This document shows, in pieces, positions 1-8,331 of a stretch of 64,000 bases of DNA; the first letter of the stretch is position 1; each line of letters begins with the position of its first letter. Below the pieces are notes generated by a model. The model made no database searches, was not told the origin of the DNA, and saw nothing but the letters and a program-made list of their open reading frames with translations. The stretch is from contig DAHUZP010000072.1 in NCBI GenBank assembly GCA_027306505.1, forward strand, positions 3,388-67,387. Direction: 5' to 3'. The stretch is from Thermoplasmata archaeon. Its GTDB lineage: Archaea > Thermoplasmatota > Thermoplasmata > Lutacidiplasmatales > UBA184. Made by a program: the position numbers and the translations under genes.

Positions 1-46
1 GGGCCGGGTCCCCGCTCTTGAGCTTGAATCCGTCCAGTTCCGCCAT
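1..46 (-). CDS. 5' end of a gene running off the window, possibly a thioredoxin/AhpC-TSA (redoxin) family protein
   Basis: ATG at 46 reads MAELDGFKLKSGDPA, similar to the redoxin N-terminal 'LKxGDxAP' motif. It is divergent from the next gene, with an AT-rich box (ttgacattaag) between them. Only 15 codons are visible. Confidence 0.35.
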   Translation of the reverse strand, partial: MAELDGFKLKSGDPA

Positions 47-127
47 GGATGCGGTCTCGATGGGGGTCCTTTGACATTAAGATTGTTGCGCGTGCCTCAC
101 GGACCGAGGCTTCTGGGAGGTGCGTGA

Positions 128-844
128 ATGGTGGAAAGAGCTCGGACTTCCGGGGGCGGCGGTTGGAGGGTCCTCGTCGACCCCTTTCCCGGACCCCCTT
201 CGGACCGATCGCTGCTGAGGGACGAGGAACTACTCTCCGATGGTATCCCCACGATCCGGGTGGGATCCTTTCCCTCCCCCGCCGTCTCCTTCGGGGTTTC
301 GGACCATCCCTCTCCAGGGCTTCTGCGCCGGATCGGGGACCTCGGGCTTCCCCTGGCGCGCCGCTCCTCCGGAGGGACGGCCCTCCTGCACCTCCCGGGG
401 GACCTCCACTGGTCGCTGGTCCTCCCGAGGGACCATCCTCTGGCGGGTCACGGCTTCGTTCGGAACTTCGGGCCGCTGGGAGAGGGCTGGCGCAAGTTCC
501 TCCGACGGCAGGGGGTTACCGCCTCGTGGGGGAGGGCCCTGGGTCTCCGGGAGGAGTACTGTCTCTTGTCGGCGCGGGGCGAGGTGCTCACGGGGGAGGG
601 GAGGGTGATCGGCGGCGCGAGTCAGCACGCGACCTCGCGGGCGCTCCTGCACCACGGGATCGTCGCGTCCCGTATCGACCGATCGCTGCTGGAGACCCTC
701 TTCGGGCTGGCGCCCGCGGACACGGAGCGGCTGACGTCGCTCGAGGAGCTCGGCGTGGCCCCCGGCTCGCTGGATCTCCGCACGCTCGCCCGTGACCTCG
801 GCCAGGGGGTGGGCGCGGAGCCCCCGGGCAACCCTCATCCCTGA
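128..844 (+). CDS. Lipoate-protein ligase A / octanoyltransferase (BPL-LplA-LipB) family catalytic domain
   Basis: LARRSSGGTALLHLPGDLHWS matches RRxSGGxAVxH. Also YC...GRVIGGASQ and LLHHG. No C-terminal LplA domain. Confidence 0.8.
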   Translation: MVERARTSGGGGWRVLVDPFPGPPSDRSLLRDEELLSDGIPTIRVGSFPSPAVSFGVSDHPSPGLLRRIGDLGLPLARRSSGGTALLHLPGDLHWSLVLPRDHPLAGHGFVRNFGPLGEGWRKFLRRQGVTASWGRALGLREEYCLLSARGEVLTGEGRVIGGASQHATSRALLHHGIVASRIDRSLLETLFGLAPADTERLTSLEELGVAPGSLDLRTLARDLGQGVGAEPPGNPHP

Positions 845-1109
845 TGCAGGGTTGGGACGCTCCCCCGGTGACGACAAGAGGGTCAGCGGAGCGGGCCCTT
901 CGGGCTCGCTGGGATGACTGTTACGCTAGCGGAGGGGGCAGGGCGCCGGAGAGGGCCTGGGGCCCTCTCCTGCGGTGAGGGTGCTCGTTCTAGGGCCCGT
1001 CACAGGTAAACACCCCTGAGTCCTCCCCCTGCCCAGGATGCGCCCCACTCGCTCTCTCCCCTTGGGCCATGCCCGCCGGTACCGGGAGGCAAAGGTCGGC
1101 CCCCTCGCA

Positions 1110-3581
1110 ATGCGGCCCCGTCGGGAGGATCTCCGCGGGGTGGCCTGTGCCCTCCTCGCCGGGATCGTCGCCTTCTCCAGCTACGGGACCCTCCTGCCCG
1201 CATCTCTCCGCTGCGCGTGGCCCGGGGCCGTCGAGTGCCCGGGGGGATGGCTGGGCCCTCCCGCCGTGCCCACCTCCACCGGCAGCCAGTGGTTCGACGT
1301 GGTCACCTACGATTACGGCTTCTGGATCACCGACACCGTCTCGGGGCAGAACGACACCGGTACGTGGGACCTCTACGAAGGCTGGACGGCCCACATCAAC
1401 GCCACCAGCTATCCTCCCAACCCCAGCGTGGGGGGTGTGGGGGAGCATGGCATCGGGATCTACTCCAACGCGCTCGGCACGGTCTTCGACATGGGCGCCC
1501 CCATCGGGTCGTGGGCCCAGGCGAGCTTCGTGGTCCCGTCCGTCCAGGAGTCGGGCGACCAGGTCTATTGCACCGTCTTCTGCGGTCCCGGGCATGGAAG
1601 CATGTCGCTCTCGATCGTCGACCTTCTCCCGGCCCCCGTGGTCCCGACCGCGACGATCTCGGCGCGTCCCTTGAGCGGATCGGTTCCGCTCACCGTGGAT
1701 TTCAGCGGGATCGGCTCAGGGGGCGCGCCGCCCTACACCTACGCGTGGGACTTTGGCGACGGCACCACCTCCACCGCTCAGACCCCGACGCACGTCTATG
1801 CGTCGGCCGGGACCTACACCACTTCGCTCACCGTGACGGATGCGACGGGCGCCACCGCCCTGGCCTCTGTGAGTGTCCACGCGAACCCTCCTCCTCCGCT
1901 CTCCGCCTCCGCCTCCGCTTTCCCGGGCTCCGGCACCGTCCCTCTCAGGGTCGCCTTCAGTGCTTTCGCCTTGGGAGGGGCCCCCCCGTACTCCTATGCC
2001 TGGACCTTCGGAGATGGGAGCGCAGGGACCGGCTCCTCCCCTCAGCACACCTACAACATCACCGGAAGCTACGTGGCCCAGGTCGTCGTGACCGACGCTT
2101 CGGGGGCGACCGCCTCCGCCTCCACCCCGGTCTCGGTGGTCCCTCCGGCGCCCCTCACGATCAGCGCCCGGGCGAGCACGACCTCCGGCACCGCGTGGCT
2201 GCATGAGAATTTCACCGCGACCGTTTCCGGGGGCACCTCCCCTTACAACGCCACATGGGACTTCGGGGATGGGGCGAGGGGGTTCGGCCTCAGCGTCTCG
2301 CATGTCTACCAATCGGCCGGGACCTACATCCCGCAGGTGACCGTCCTCGACGCCTCCGGTGGAACGGGGTCCGCCGAGACCTCCACGATCACCGTGGCAG
2401 GGGGCACGGGAGGACCCTTGCGGATCCAGATCGGAGCGAGCCCGGCCTCGGGCTCGACGCCGCTGCTGGTCACCATGAGCGCCTCGCTCTCCGGTGGGAC
2501 GGGAGGCTACTCCGTCGCCTGGGACTTCGGCGACGGAGGAACGGGCACGGGTCCCCTAGCGGCCCACTGGTACAGGTCAGGAGGGACGTTCCTCGTTACG
2601 GCTTGGGTCCATGACTCCTCGGGTCATGTCGCGGCGGCAACCACGAACGTGACCGCCTCCGCCCTCTCCCTTCAGGTGCTGTTGGACCGCTCGGTGGCGG
2701 AGGCGCCGACGAGCGTTCGCGCGACGGCCTCCATCTCCGGCGGTTCTGGAGGGTACTCCGTGGTGCGGTGGAACTGGGGCGACGGCTCGACGGCACAAGG
2801 TTGCGCGGACCCTTCGTGCGAGGTGGCGACCCACAACTACACCTCCGCCCCACCTTCGGGCACGACCTACACCATCGTGGCGAACGTCACGGACGGCGCC
2901 AACGAGCAGGTCTCCGATCGCGTGTCCCTGGTCGTGTACCCGCCGCTCACCGGGGTCCTGGTGAACCGATCGGTCTCCCAGGTCCCGCCCTTCCGGGTGA
3001 ACTTCACGCTGGAACTCTCGGGGGGTACGGGGGTCTATCCTGGACCCTTCCTCTGGAGCTTCGGCAATGGGAACAGTGCGCTTGTCGGCAGCAACACGTC
3101 CGCGAGCTACGCGCGTCCCGGGGTCTACCTGGTACGGGTGGACGCGCAGGACAGTCTGGGGACGGCGATCAACGTCACCGAACGGGTCACCCTGACGACC
3201 CACGTCTTGACCGGTCCCGCTGCGAACGGCGGTCCCGGTGTACGGGCATCGGCCCCCTGGACGGGGGTGGGGAACTCAAGGTCGACCGGGCTCGCCCTGA
3301 TCGGTCTCATGGCGCTGGGCGCGCTCTTCCTGCTGCTCACCGGCCCTCGCCGACGCAGAGGTCGGACCTCCGCCGAACCTGCGTCAGCCGCTCGGTCGGC
3401 GCCCCCCGGCGGTTCGGAGACCCGCGCTCCGCCCGAGGAGCCCGCCGACGCGACCTCGCCGCCTCCTGCGCCACGGGGAACGGACGAACCGGAAGTGTCG
3501 GAGCGAGCGGCCACCGTGGAGGGCGCCCTCGAGAAGGTACCTTCGCCCAACCCCATCGATACGGAGGAGGTGACCTCTTGA
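1110..3581 (+). CDS. Secreted membrane-anchored protein: CuA-type cupredoxin domain + 6 PKD domains + C-terminal TM anchor
   Basis: Signal-like N-terminus. EHGIGI...YCTVFCGPGHGSM gives H...C-x3-C-x3-H-x2-M. Six W-x-[FW]-G-[DN]-G PKD cores. TM LALIGLMALGALFLLL followed by PRRRR. Start may be ATG 1038 or 1110. Confidence 0.85.
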   Translation: MRPRREDLRGVACALLAGIVAFSSYGTLLPASLRCAWPGAVECPGGWLGPPAVPTSTGSQWFDVVTYDYGFWITDTVSGQNDTGTWDLYEGWTAHINATSYPPNPSVGGVGEHGIGIYSNALGTVFDMGAPIGSWAQASFVVPSVQESGDQVYCTVFCGPGHGSMSLSIVDLLPAPVVPTATISARPLSGSVPLTVDFSGIGSGGAPPYTYAWDFGDGTTSTAQTPTHVYASAGTYTTSLTVTDATGATALASVSVHANPPPPLSASASAFPGSGTVPLRVAFSAFALGGAPPYSYAWTFGDGSAGTGSSPQHTYNITGSYVAQVVVTDASGATASASTPVSVVPPAPLTISARASTTSGTAWLHENFTATVSGGTSPYNATWDFGDGARGFGLSVSHVYQSAGTYIPQVTVLDASGGTGSAETSTITVAGGTGGPLRIQIGASPASGSTPLLVTMSASLSGGTGGYSVAWDFGDGGTGTGPLAAHWYRSGGTFLVTAWVHDSSGHVAAATTNVTASALSLQVLLDRSVAEAPTSVRATASISGGSGGYSVVRWNWGDGSTAQGCADPSCEVATHNYTSAPPSGTTYTIVANVTDGANEQVSDRVSLVVYPPLTGVLVNRSVSQVPPFRVNFTLELSGGTGVYPGPFLWSFGNGNSALVGSNTSASYARPGVYLVRVDAQDSLGTAINVTERVTLTTHVLTGPAANGGPGVRASAPWTGVGNSRSTGLALIGLMALGALFLLLTGPRRRRGRTSAEPASAARSAPPGGSETRAPPEEPADATSPPPAPRGTDEPEVSERAATVEGALEKVPSPNPIDTEEVTS
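3563..3573 (+). promoter_or_regulatory. Strong Shine-Dalgarno site coupling the RnfD-like gene to the CuA-PKD gene
   Basis: GGAGGAGGTGA lies 4 nt before TTG 3578, inside the end of the upstream CDS. Confidence 0.7.
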
Positions 3582-4675
3582 CCGCGGAGCAACCGGCCCC
3601 CCAGCCCGAGAGCCTTGCCGACGCGGACCCAGCGAAGGGATCCGACAGCCGCCAACCCTCCCCCCACTCGCGGATCCGGGAACCGGTCCGCGGTCGGGAC
3701 TTCCCCGGAGCGGCGTTCCTCCGCCACCAGGTTCTCCCGAAGCTCCCCCCCGTCCGGTTGGTCTGGATCTTCCTTGCCGCCCTTCTGCTGGTCGGTCGTA
3801 CCCAGACCACTACCGCCGGGGTCACCGCGTGGGCCGCCGTCCTTGGCCTGTCGGTGGCACTCGATGTGCTGTTGCAGTTCGCCCGCTTCGGACATCAAAT
3901 TCGCTTCCCCGACGCCGCCCTCGCGAGCGGGATGTTCCTGGTGGTCCTTGTGGCCCCCTCGAACGTCGGGCTCGGGAGCGCCCCCGGCCAGCTGGGGGTC
4001 GTCCTGCTCGCGGTCACCGCGAGCACGGTGGTGCTCCGCCACCTCCTGAGGTTCGCCGGACGGCCCTGGTTCAATCCCAGTGCGCTCGGGATCGTGCTGG
4101 GGTTCGCGCTGTTCGCCCTTCCCGTGCCCTGGGCCATCGGGGCGTGGCCCTCGGGGCACTCCCCTTCCTCCAAGGTCGTCGAGCTGGCGCTGGTCTTGGC
4201 CCTGGGGTTGGTGCTCCTCGCCCGTTCCCGTTCCACGTGGAGGCTCCCGGTGATCTTCTTCGCTGTCGCCCTCCCGCTCCAACTCGTGCTTCTGGTGCTC
4301 AAAGGCGGCCTCTCCAACCCCACCCTCCCCTACATCGTTGCATCCCCGATCACCCTGTTCTACGGGCTGTGGATGGTCCCGGAACCCAGGACCGCCCCTG
4401 CCTCTCCGAGGGGGATGGCCGAGTATGCGTTGATCGTGGGGCTGGCCTACGGTCTGCTCGGAGCCCTCTGGGAGCTCCCCAGCGCGTGGATCGCTGCAGG
4501 CCAGTCCTGGTCGGCCATCGACCCCTTCCTCGCCCTCCTCCTGGGGAACCTCTTTGCCCTCGTCCTGCGACGACCCGCCAAGGGCCTGGGAGCGCGCAAG
4601 AGCTTCCTCCGGGCCCGAGGACGGTTGCGGCCCCGCAGCGCGCGGTCCGAAGTGACGAGCCCCGAAGCGATCTGA
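3578..4675 (+). CDS. RnfD/NqrB-like polytopic membrane protein (stand-alone)
   Basis: TTG at 3578 overlaps the upstream stop (TTGA) and follows GGAGGAGGTGA (3563-3573). Motifs FPDAALASG, RHLLRFAGRPWFNPSALG, MVPEPRTAP and ALLLGNL, with many hydrophobic helices. Confidence 0.75.
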   Translation: MTAEQPAPQPESLADADPAKGSDSRQPSPHSRIREPVRGRDFPGAAFLRHQVLPKLPPVRLVWIFLAALLLVGRTQTTTAGVTAWAAVLGLSVALDVLLQFARFGHQIRFPDAALASGMFLVVLVAPSNVGLGSAPGQLGVVLLAVTASTVVLRHLLRFAGRPWFNPSALGIVLGFALFALPVPWAIGAWPSGHSPSSKVVELALVLALGLVLLARSRSTWRLPVIFFAVALPLQLVLLVLKGGLSNPTLPYIVASPITLFYGLWMVPEPRTAPASPRGMAEYALIVGLAYGLLGALWELPSAWIAAGQSWSAIDPFLALLLGNLFALVLRRPAKGLGARKSFLRARGRLRPRSARSEVTSPEAI

Positions 4676-4757
4676 TGGCGCCCCCAAACCGGCCGGGGTC
4701 CCCACGCGACCGCAGCCGCCGGGCCGAAGGATCCTCGGTCCTGCTCCAGGGTCGGGA

Positions 4758-7700
4758 CTAAGGCTTCTTCGTCGAAGAGCCGGGGACCTGAGGTAGTCCG
4801 GGTCGCCTCATGTTCCCTTCGTAGGGAGGCTCCTTCCCCCCAGCGGGCGGGGAAGGCGATGGGTCCTCCGACGTGGGAGGAGCGGGCGGAGGTTCGGGCA
4901 CCCCGACCCCCTGAGGAGCTTCTCCGGGCGCGGAGGGAGAACCGGTCGTCCCTTCGCCCTCGGAGGGAGGCGGGTCGCCTTCCCCCTTCCCCTCGGTCGT
5001 TGACGCCGAGGCAACGGGCGCTGGCCCTCCTGAACGACGCCGACGGGCGAGGAGCGCCCAGGCGACCAGCGCGATGGCCAGGACGGCGACGGCTCCCAGC
5101 GCCACCTCCTCCCAGGGCTGGAGGTGGGCGGTGGAGTTCGTGTGGGAGCCCGGGGGCTTCGGTCCCGGGGAGGGCAGGGTGAACGTGATCGCCACCTTCG
5201 GACCCGAGCCGTTCACGGCGACCGAGAAGGAGGTCGGGCTCGACGTGTAGCCCGGCACGGTCCCCACGGTTCCGGTGAAGGTACCGTTCACCAGGTCGAA
5301 GCCGATCGAGGACCCCGTGCTGGTGTTGGTGCGACCGTTGAGCGTGACCGCCCATGCCGTGGAGGCGGCGAGCCCGACCTCCGTCACGCTGACGGTGTAG
5401 GTGAAGCCGAAGGATGCGGTCTCGTTCACCGCTCCCTGGAGGGTGAGCGAGAGCGGGTTCTGGAGCCCGGTATAGCTGCCGTTTCCGGTCCCGGTCCATC
5501 CGAGGAAGACGTGATGCACCGGGGCGCTCGCCCGCAAGGTGACCTGGCTACTCAGGTCCATCCACCCGGTCGCGGGGGAGACGCTCCCGGGGCCCGCCCC
5601 TTGAGCCCCGGTGGTGAGCCGGACGAGTTCGGAGTAGAGGAGGCTCACGCTCCGGCTCGTGTTCACGACCGTGAAGGACCCCGTGGTCAAGTTCGCGAGG
5701 AACTCCTCGCCCCACCCCACCGGAACCGGGGACTCCACCGCGTAGGTGTAGGCGCCAGGGGGCTCCGCGAAGACGAGGGAGGGGGTGGTGGAGTTCTCGG
5801 TGACCCCGTTGAGGCTCACCGACCAGACCTGCCCCGTGGGGAGTCCGGACTCGAGGAAACCCACCGGGTAGAGGGTCTCCGTGAACTTGATCGAGACCGT
5901 GAGGGGTACCCCGGCCGCGACGACCGAGCCCGAGCTCGGCTGGGAGGACGCCCCCGGCACGGCCCCCACCGCGTACATGTAGCTGCCGTTCGGTTCGGAG
6001 AAGAACATCGACCCTCCCGTGGAATAGCGGGTCGATCCGCCCAGGCTCACCGACCAGTTGGTCCCGGACGGAAGGCCGCTCTCGTTGAAGGTGATCGACG
6101 TGAGCGGGACCGTCGCCGGGGAGACGAAGGAGATGGTGCCGGATCCCTGGTTGGCGACGAGGATCTCCCCTGAGGAGGGGTCCCACTCCACGTCCGTAGG
6201 GCCGGAGCCGATGGGAAGCGTCCCGGTCGCCCTTCCCACTTCGCGCGGGATGATGCTCAGGTTGTCCGAGCCGGCGTTCGCGACGTAGATGTAGCCGTTC
6301 GCGGGGTCCACGGCGATGCTCTGAGGTAGCGAGCCCACGGGGATCGACTCCGTCAAGCCGCCCGCGGAGGCGTTGATGACCGAGACGTTGTCCGACCCCG
6401 AGTTCGTGACGTAGACCCAGCCGTTGGCCGGGTCCACCGCCGCGGCGTAGGGCACGTTCCCTACCGAGATGGAGCCCGCGACGGAGTTCGTGGTGGGATC
6501 GATCACGGTGACGTCGTTCGAGTTCCAGTTCGTGACGAAGAGCTGGTCGGTGGTGTTGTCGTAGACGATCGCATTGGGTCCGAAGGAGGTGGGGATCGAG
6601 GCGCCCGTGGATCCGGTCGACGGGTCGATCACCGTCACGTTGTTCGATCCCGAGTCCGCGACGTAGATCATCCCGTTCGTGGGATCATAGGCGACGCCTC
6701 TCGGCCCCAGTCCCACGGGGATGCGTCCCAGGTCCCGCTGGGTCCGGGGGTCGACGATCTCCACGTTGTTCCCGCCGTAGAGCGTCCCGTAATGGGACAC
6801 GTACAGGTAGCCGTTGGTGGGATCGTAGGCGATCCCGAAGGGGTTCGCCCCGATCGGGTTCCAGGCGAGCGAGATGTTGCCCCAGAGCGTGTGCGTCGAG
6901 TCGTTGATCACCGAGAGCGCGTTCGCCCAGACGTTCGAGACGTAGACGAAGCCGGTGGAGGGCACCACGGCCATCTGGTAAGGGGTCGCCCCCAGGGGGA
7001 TCGAGGCGCCGGTGAGGTCGGTCGCCCCATCGATCACGGTCACGTTGTCAGAACCGAAGTCCGCGACGAAGAGCTTCCCGTTCGTCGGATCGTAGGCGAC
7101 GTCCGAAGGATAGAGCCCGACGGTGATGATCTGGGTGATCGTGTTGGTGCTGGTGTCCACCACGCTCACGTTGACCAGTCCCTCGTGGGTCACGTACACG
7201 TTACCGTTGGAGGCATCGTAGACGACCCCGGTGGGGTAGGCGTTGAGCCCCCCGTCGATGAGCAGGGTCGTGACCACGGTGTTGGTCGACCCATCGATGA
7301 TGCTCATGCTGTTCGCGTAGGAGTCCGTGACGTAGAGGTACCCGTTGCTGGGGTCGAAGGCGACGGCGTAGGGGTAGGTGAGGGGGCCCAGGTGGACCGT
7401 GGCCATCACGGTCCAGTTCGTCCCGTTGATCACGGCGACGCCACCCGCGTAGAGGGTGGTGACGTAGATGTCACCGTTGAGGGCGTCGTACCCGATCCCA
7501 TAGGGGTCGAGCACCCCGGGGATGTTGCCCAGGAGCTTGTTGGAGCTTCCGTTGATGACGCTCACGTTGTTCATCTGCCAGTCGGAGACGAAGATCTCGC
7601 CGTTCCCGGTGTCCAGGGCGAGCCCATAGGGCGTGGTCCCGACCAGGACCTGGCCGACCTGTTGGTCCGAGGCCGGGTCGATCACGGCCACCGCGTTCAG

Positions 7701-8180
7701 CGAACCTTCGGAGACGTAGAGTTCGCCGTTGAGCGGATCATACAGGATGGTCCCCGCGGAAGCCCCGATGGGGATGGACCCGACCAACTGGTCCCGGGTC
7801 GCGTTCACCACCGAGATGTCGTTCGACCCAGGGTTGACGACGTAGAGCTGGCCGTTCGCGGGGTCCACGGCGACCGCGGAGGGCTGGATCCCGTTGCTGG
7901 CGATAAAGTTCCCGGGCACCAGAGAGTCATTGAAGAGGACCAGCGTGTTGAGCACGGTGTCGCCGGTCGGAGGGGACCCAGGCACCACGGTCGACCGGTC
8001 CCCTGGGAGAGTCCCGGACGTGGGTGCGCCCGCTTGGGTCGCTCCGACCGAAGAGAGCACGAGGGGAGGGGACCGCGGGACGTGGTCCACCATCGCATGA
8101 GGGCCCCACACGAGCCCCACGGGCACGGCCAGGAGGAGAGCGAGGAGGGCCAAGGTCCAGAACCGTGCACGCAAGGACAT
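4758..8180 (-). CDS. Surface protein: two 7-bladed YVTN/YncE beta-propellers + thermopsin-type Ig repeats + TM anchor
   Basis: Signal peptide MSLRARFWTLALLALLLA. 14 repeats of D-P-x-N-G-x-[LIV]-[YF]-V. E-x-G-L-x3-T/Q-x-W-x-V repeats. TM followed by RRRR. Start moved from 8702 to ATG 8180. Confidence 0.85.
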   Translation of the reverse strand: MSLRARFWTLALLALLLAVPVGLVWGPHAMVDHVPRSPPLVLSSVGATQAGAPTSGTLPGDRSTVVPGSPPTGDTVLNTLVLFNDSLVPGNFIASNGIQPSAVAVDPANGQLYVVNPGSNDISVVNATRDQLVGSIPIGASAGTILYDPLNGELYVSEGSLNAVAVIDPASDQQVGQVLVGTTPYGLALDTGNGEIFVSDWQMNNVSVINGSSNKLLGNIPGVLDPYGIGYDALNGDIYVTTLYAGGVAVINGTNWTVMATVHLGPLTYPYAVAFDPSNGYLYVTDSYANSMSIIDGSTNTVVTTLLIDGGLNAYPTGVVYDASNGNVYVTHEGLVNVSVVDTSTNTITQIITVGLYPSDVAYDPTNGKLFVADFGSDNVTVIDGATDLTGASIPLGATPYQMAVVPSTGFVYVSNVWANALSVINDSTHTLWGNISLAWNPIGANPFGIAYDPTNGYLYVSHYGTLYGGNNVEIVDPRTQRDLGRIPVGLGPRGVAYDPTNGMIYVADSGSNNVTVIDPSTGSTGASIPTSFGPNAIVYDNTTDQLFVTNWNSNDVTVIDPTTNSVAGSISVGNVPYAAAVDPANGWVYVTNSGSDNVSVINASAGGLTESIPVGSLPQSIAVDPANGYIYVANAGSDNLSIIPREVGRATGTLPIGSGPTDVEWDPSSGEILVANQGSGTISFVSPATVPLTSITFNESGLPSGTNWSVSLGGSTRYSTGGSMFFSEPNGSYMYAVGAVPGASSQPSSGSVVAAGVPLTVSIKFTETLYPVGFLESGLPTGQVWSVSLNGVTENSTTPSLVFAEPPGAYTYAVESPVPVGWGEEFLANLTTGSFTVVNTSRSVSLLYSELVRLTTGAQGAGPGSVSPATGWMDLSSQVTLRASAPVHHVFLGWTGTGNGSYTGLQNPLSLTLQGAVNETASFGFTYTVSVTEVGLAASTAWAVTLNGRTNTSTGSSIGFDLVNGTFTGTVGTVPGYTSSPTSFSVAVNGSGPKVAITFTLPSPGPKPPGSHTNSTAHLQPWEEVALGAVAVLAIALVAWALLARRRRSGGPAPVASASTTEGKGEGDPPPSEGEGTTGSPSAPGEAPQGVGVPEPPPAPPTSEDPSPSPPAGGKEPPYEGNMRRPGLPQVPGSSTKKP

Positions 8181-8331
8181 CGATCTCTCGGGGTCGCCCA
8201 CCTCATGAGAACACCTCATGTTGATATGGTCTCTTGGCCTTGGCTCCGAAATAAAAGGTTTGTAGGGTTGAACGGCAGCACCCGATACGTCTCCAAGTGC
8301 CAAGAGGACATATACGCCATCGTAGAGTGAA

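Noticed and set aside
2768-3577. N-terminal 270 aa of the 635-aa ORF
   Set aside because: This is an Arg/Gly-rich shadow frame over the PKD gene. The real start is TTG 3578 with a strong SD.
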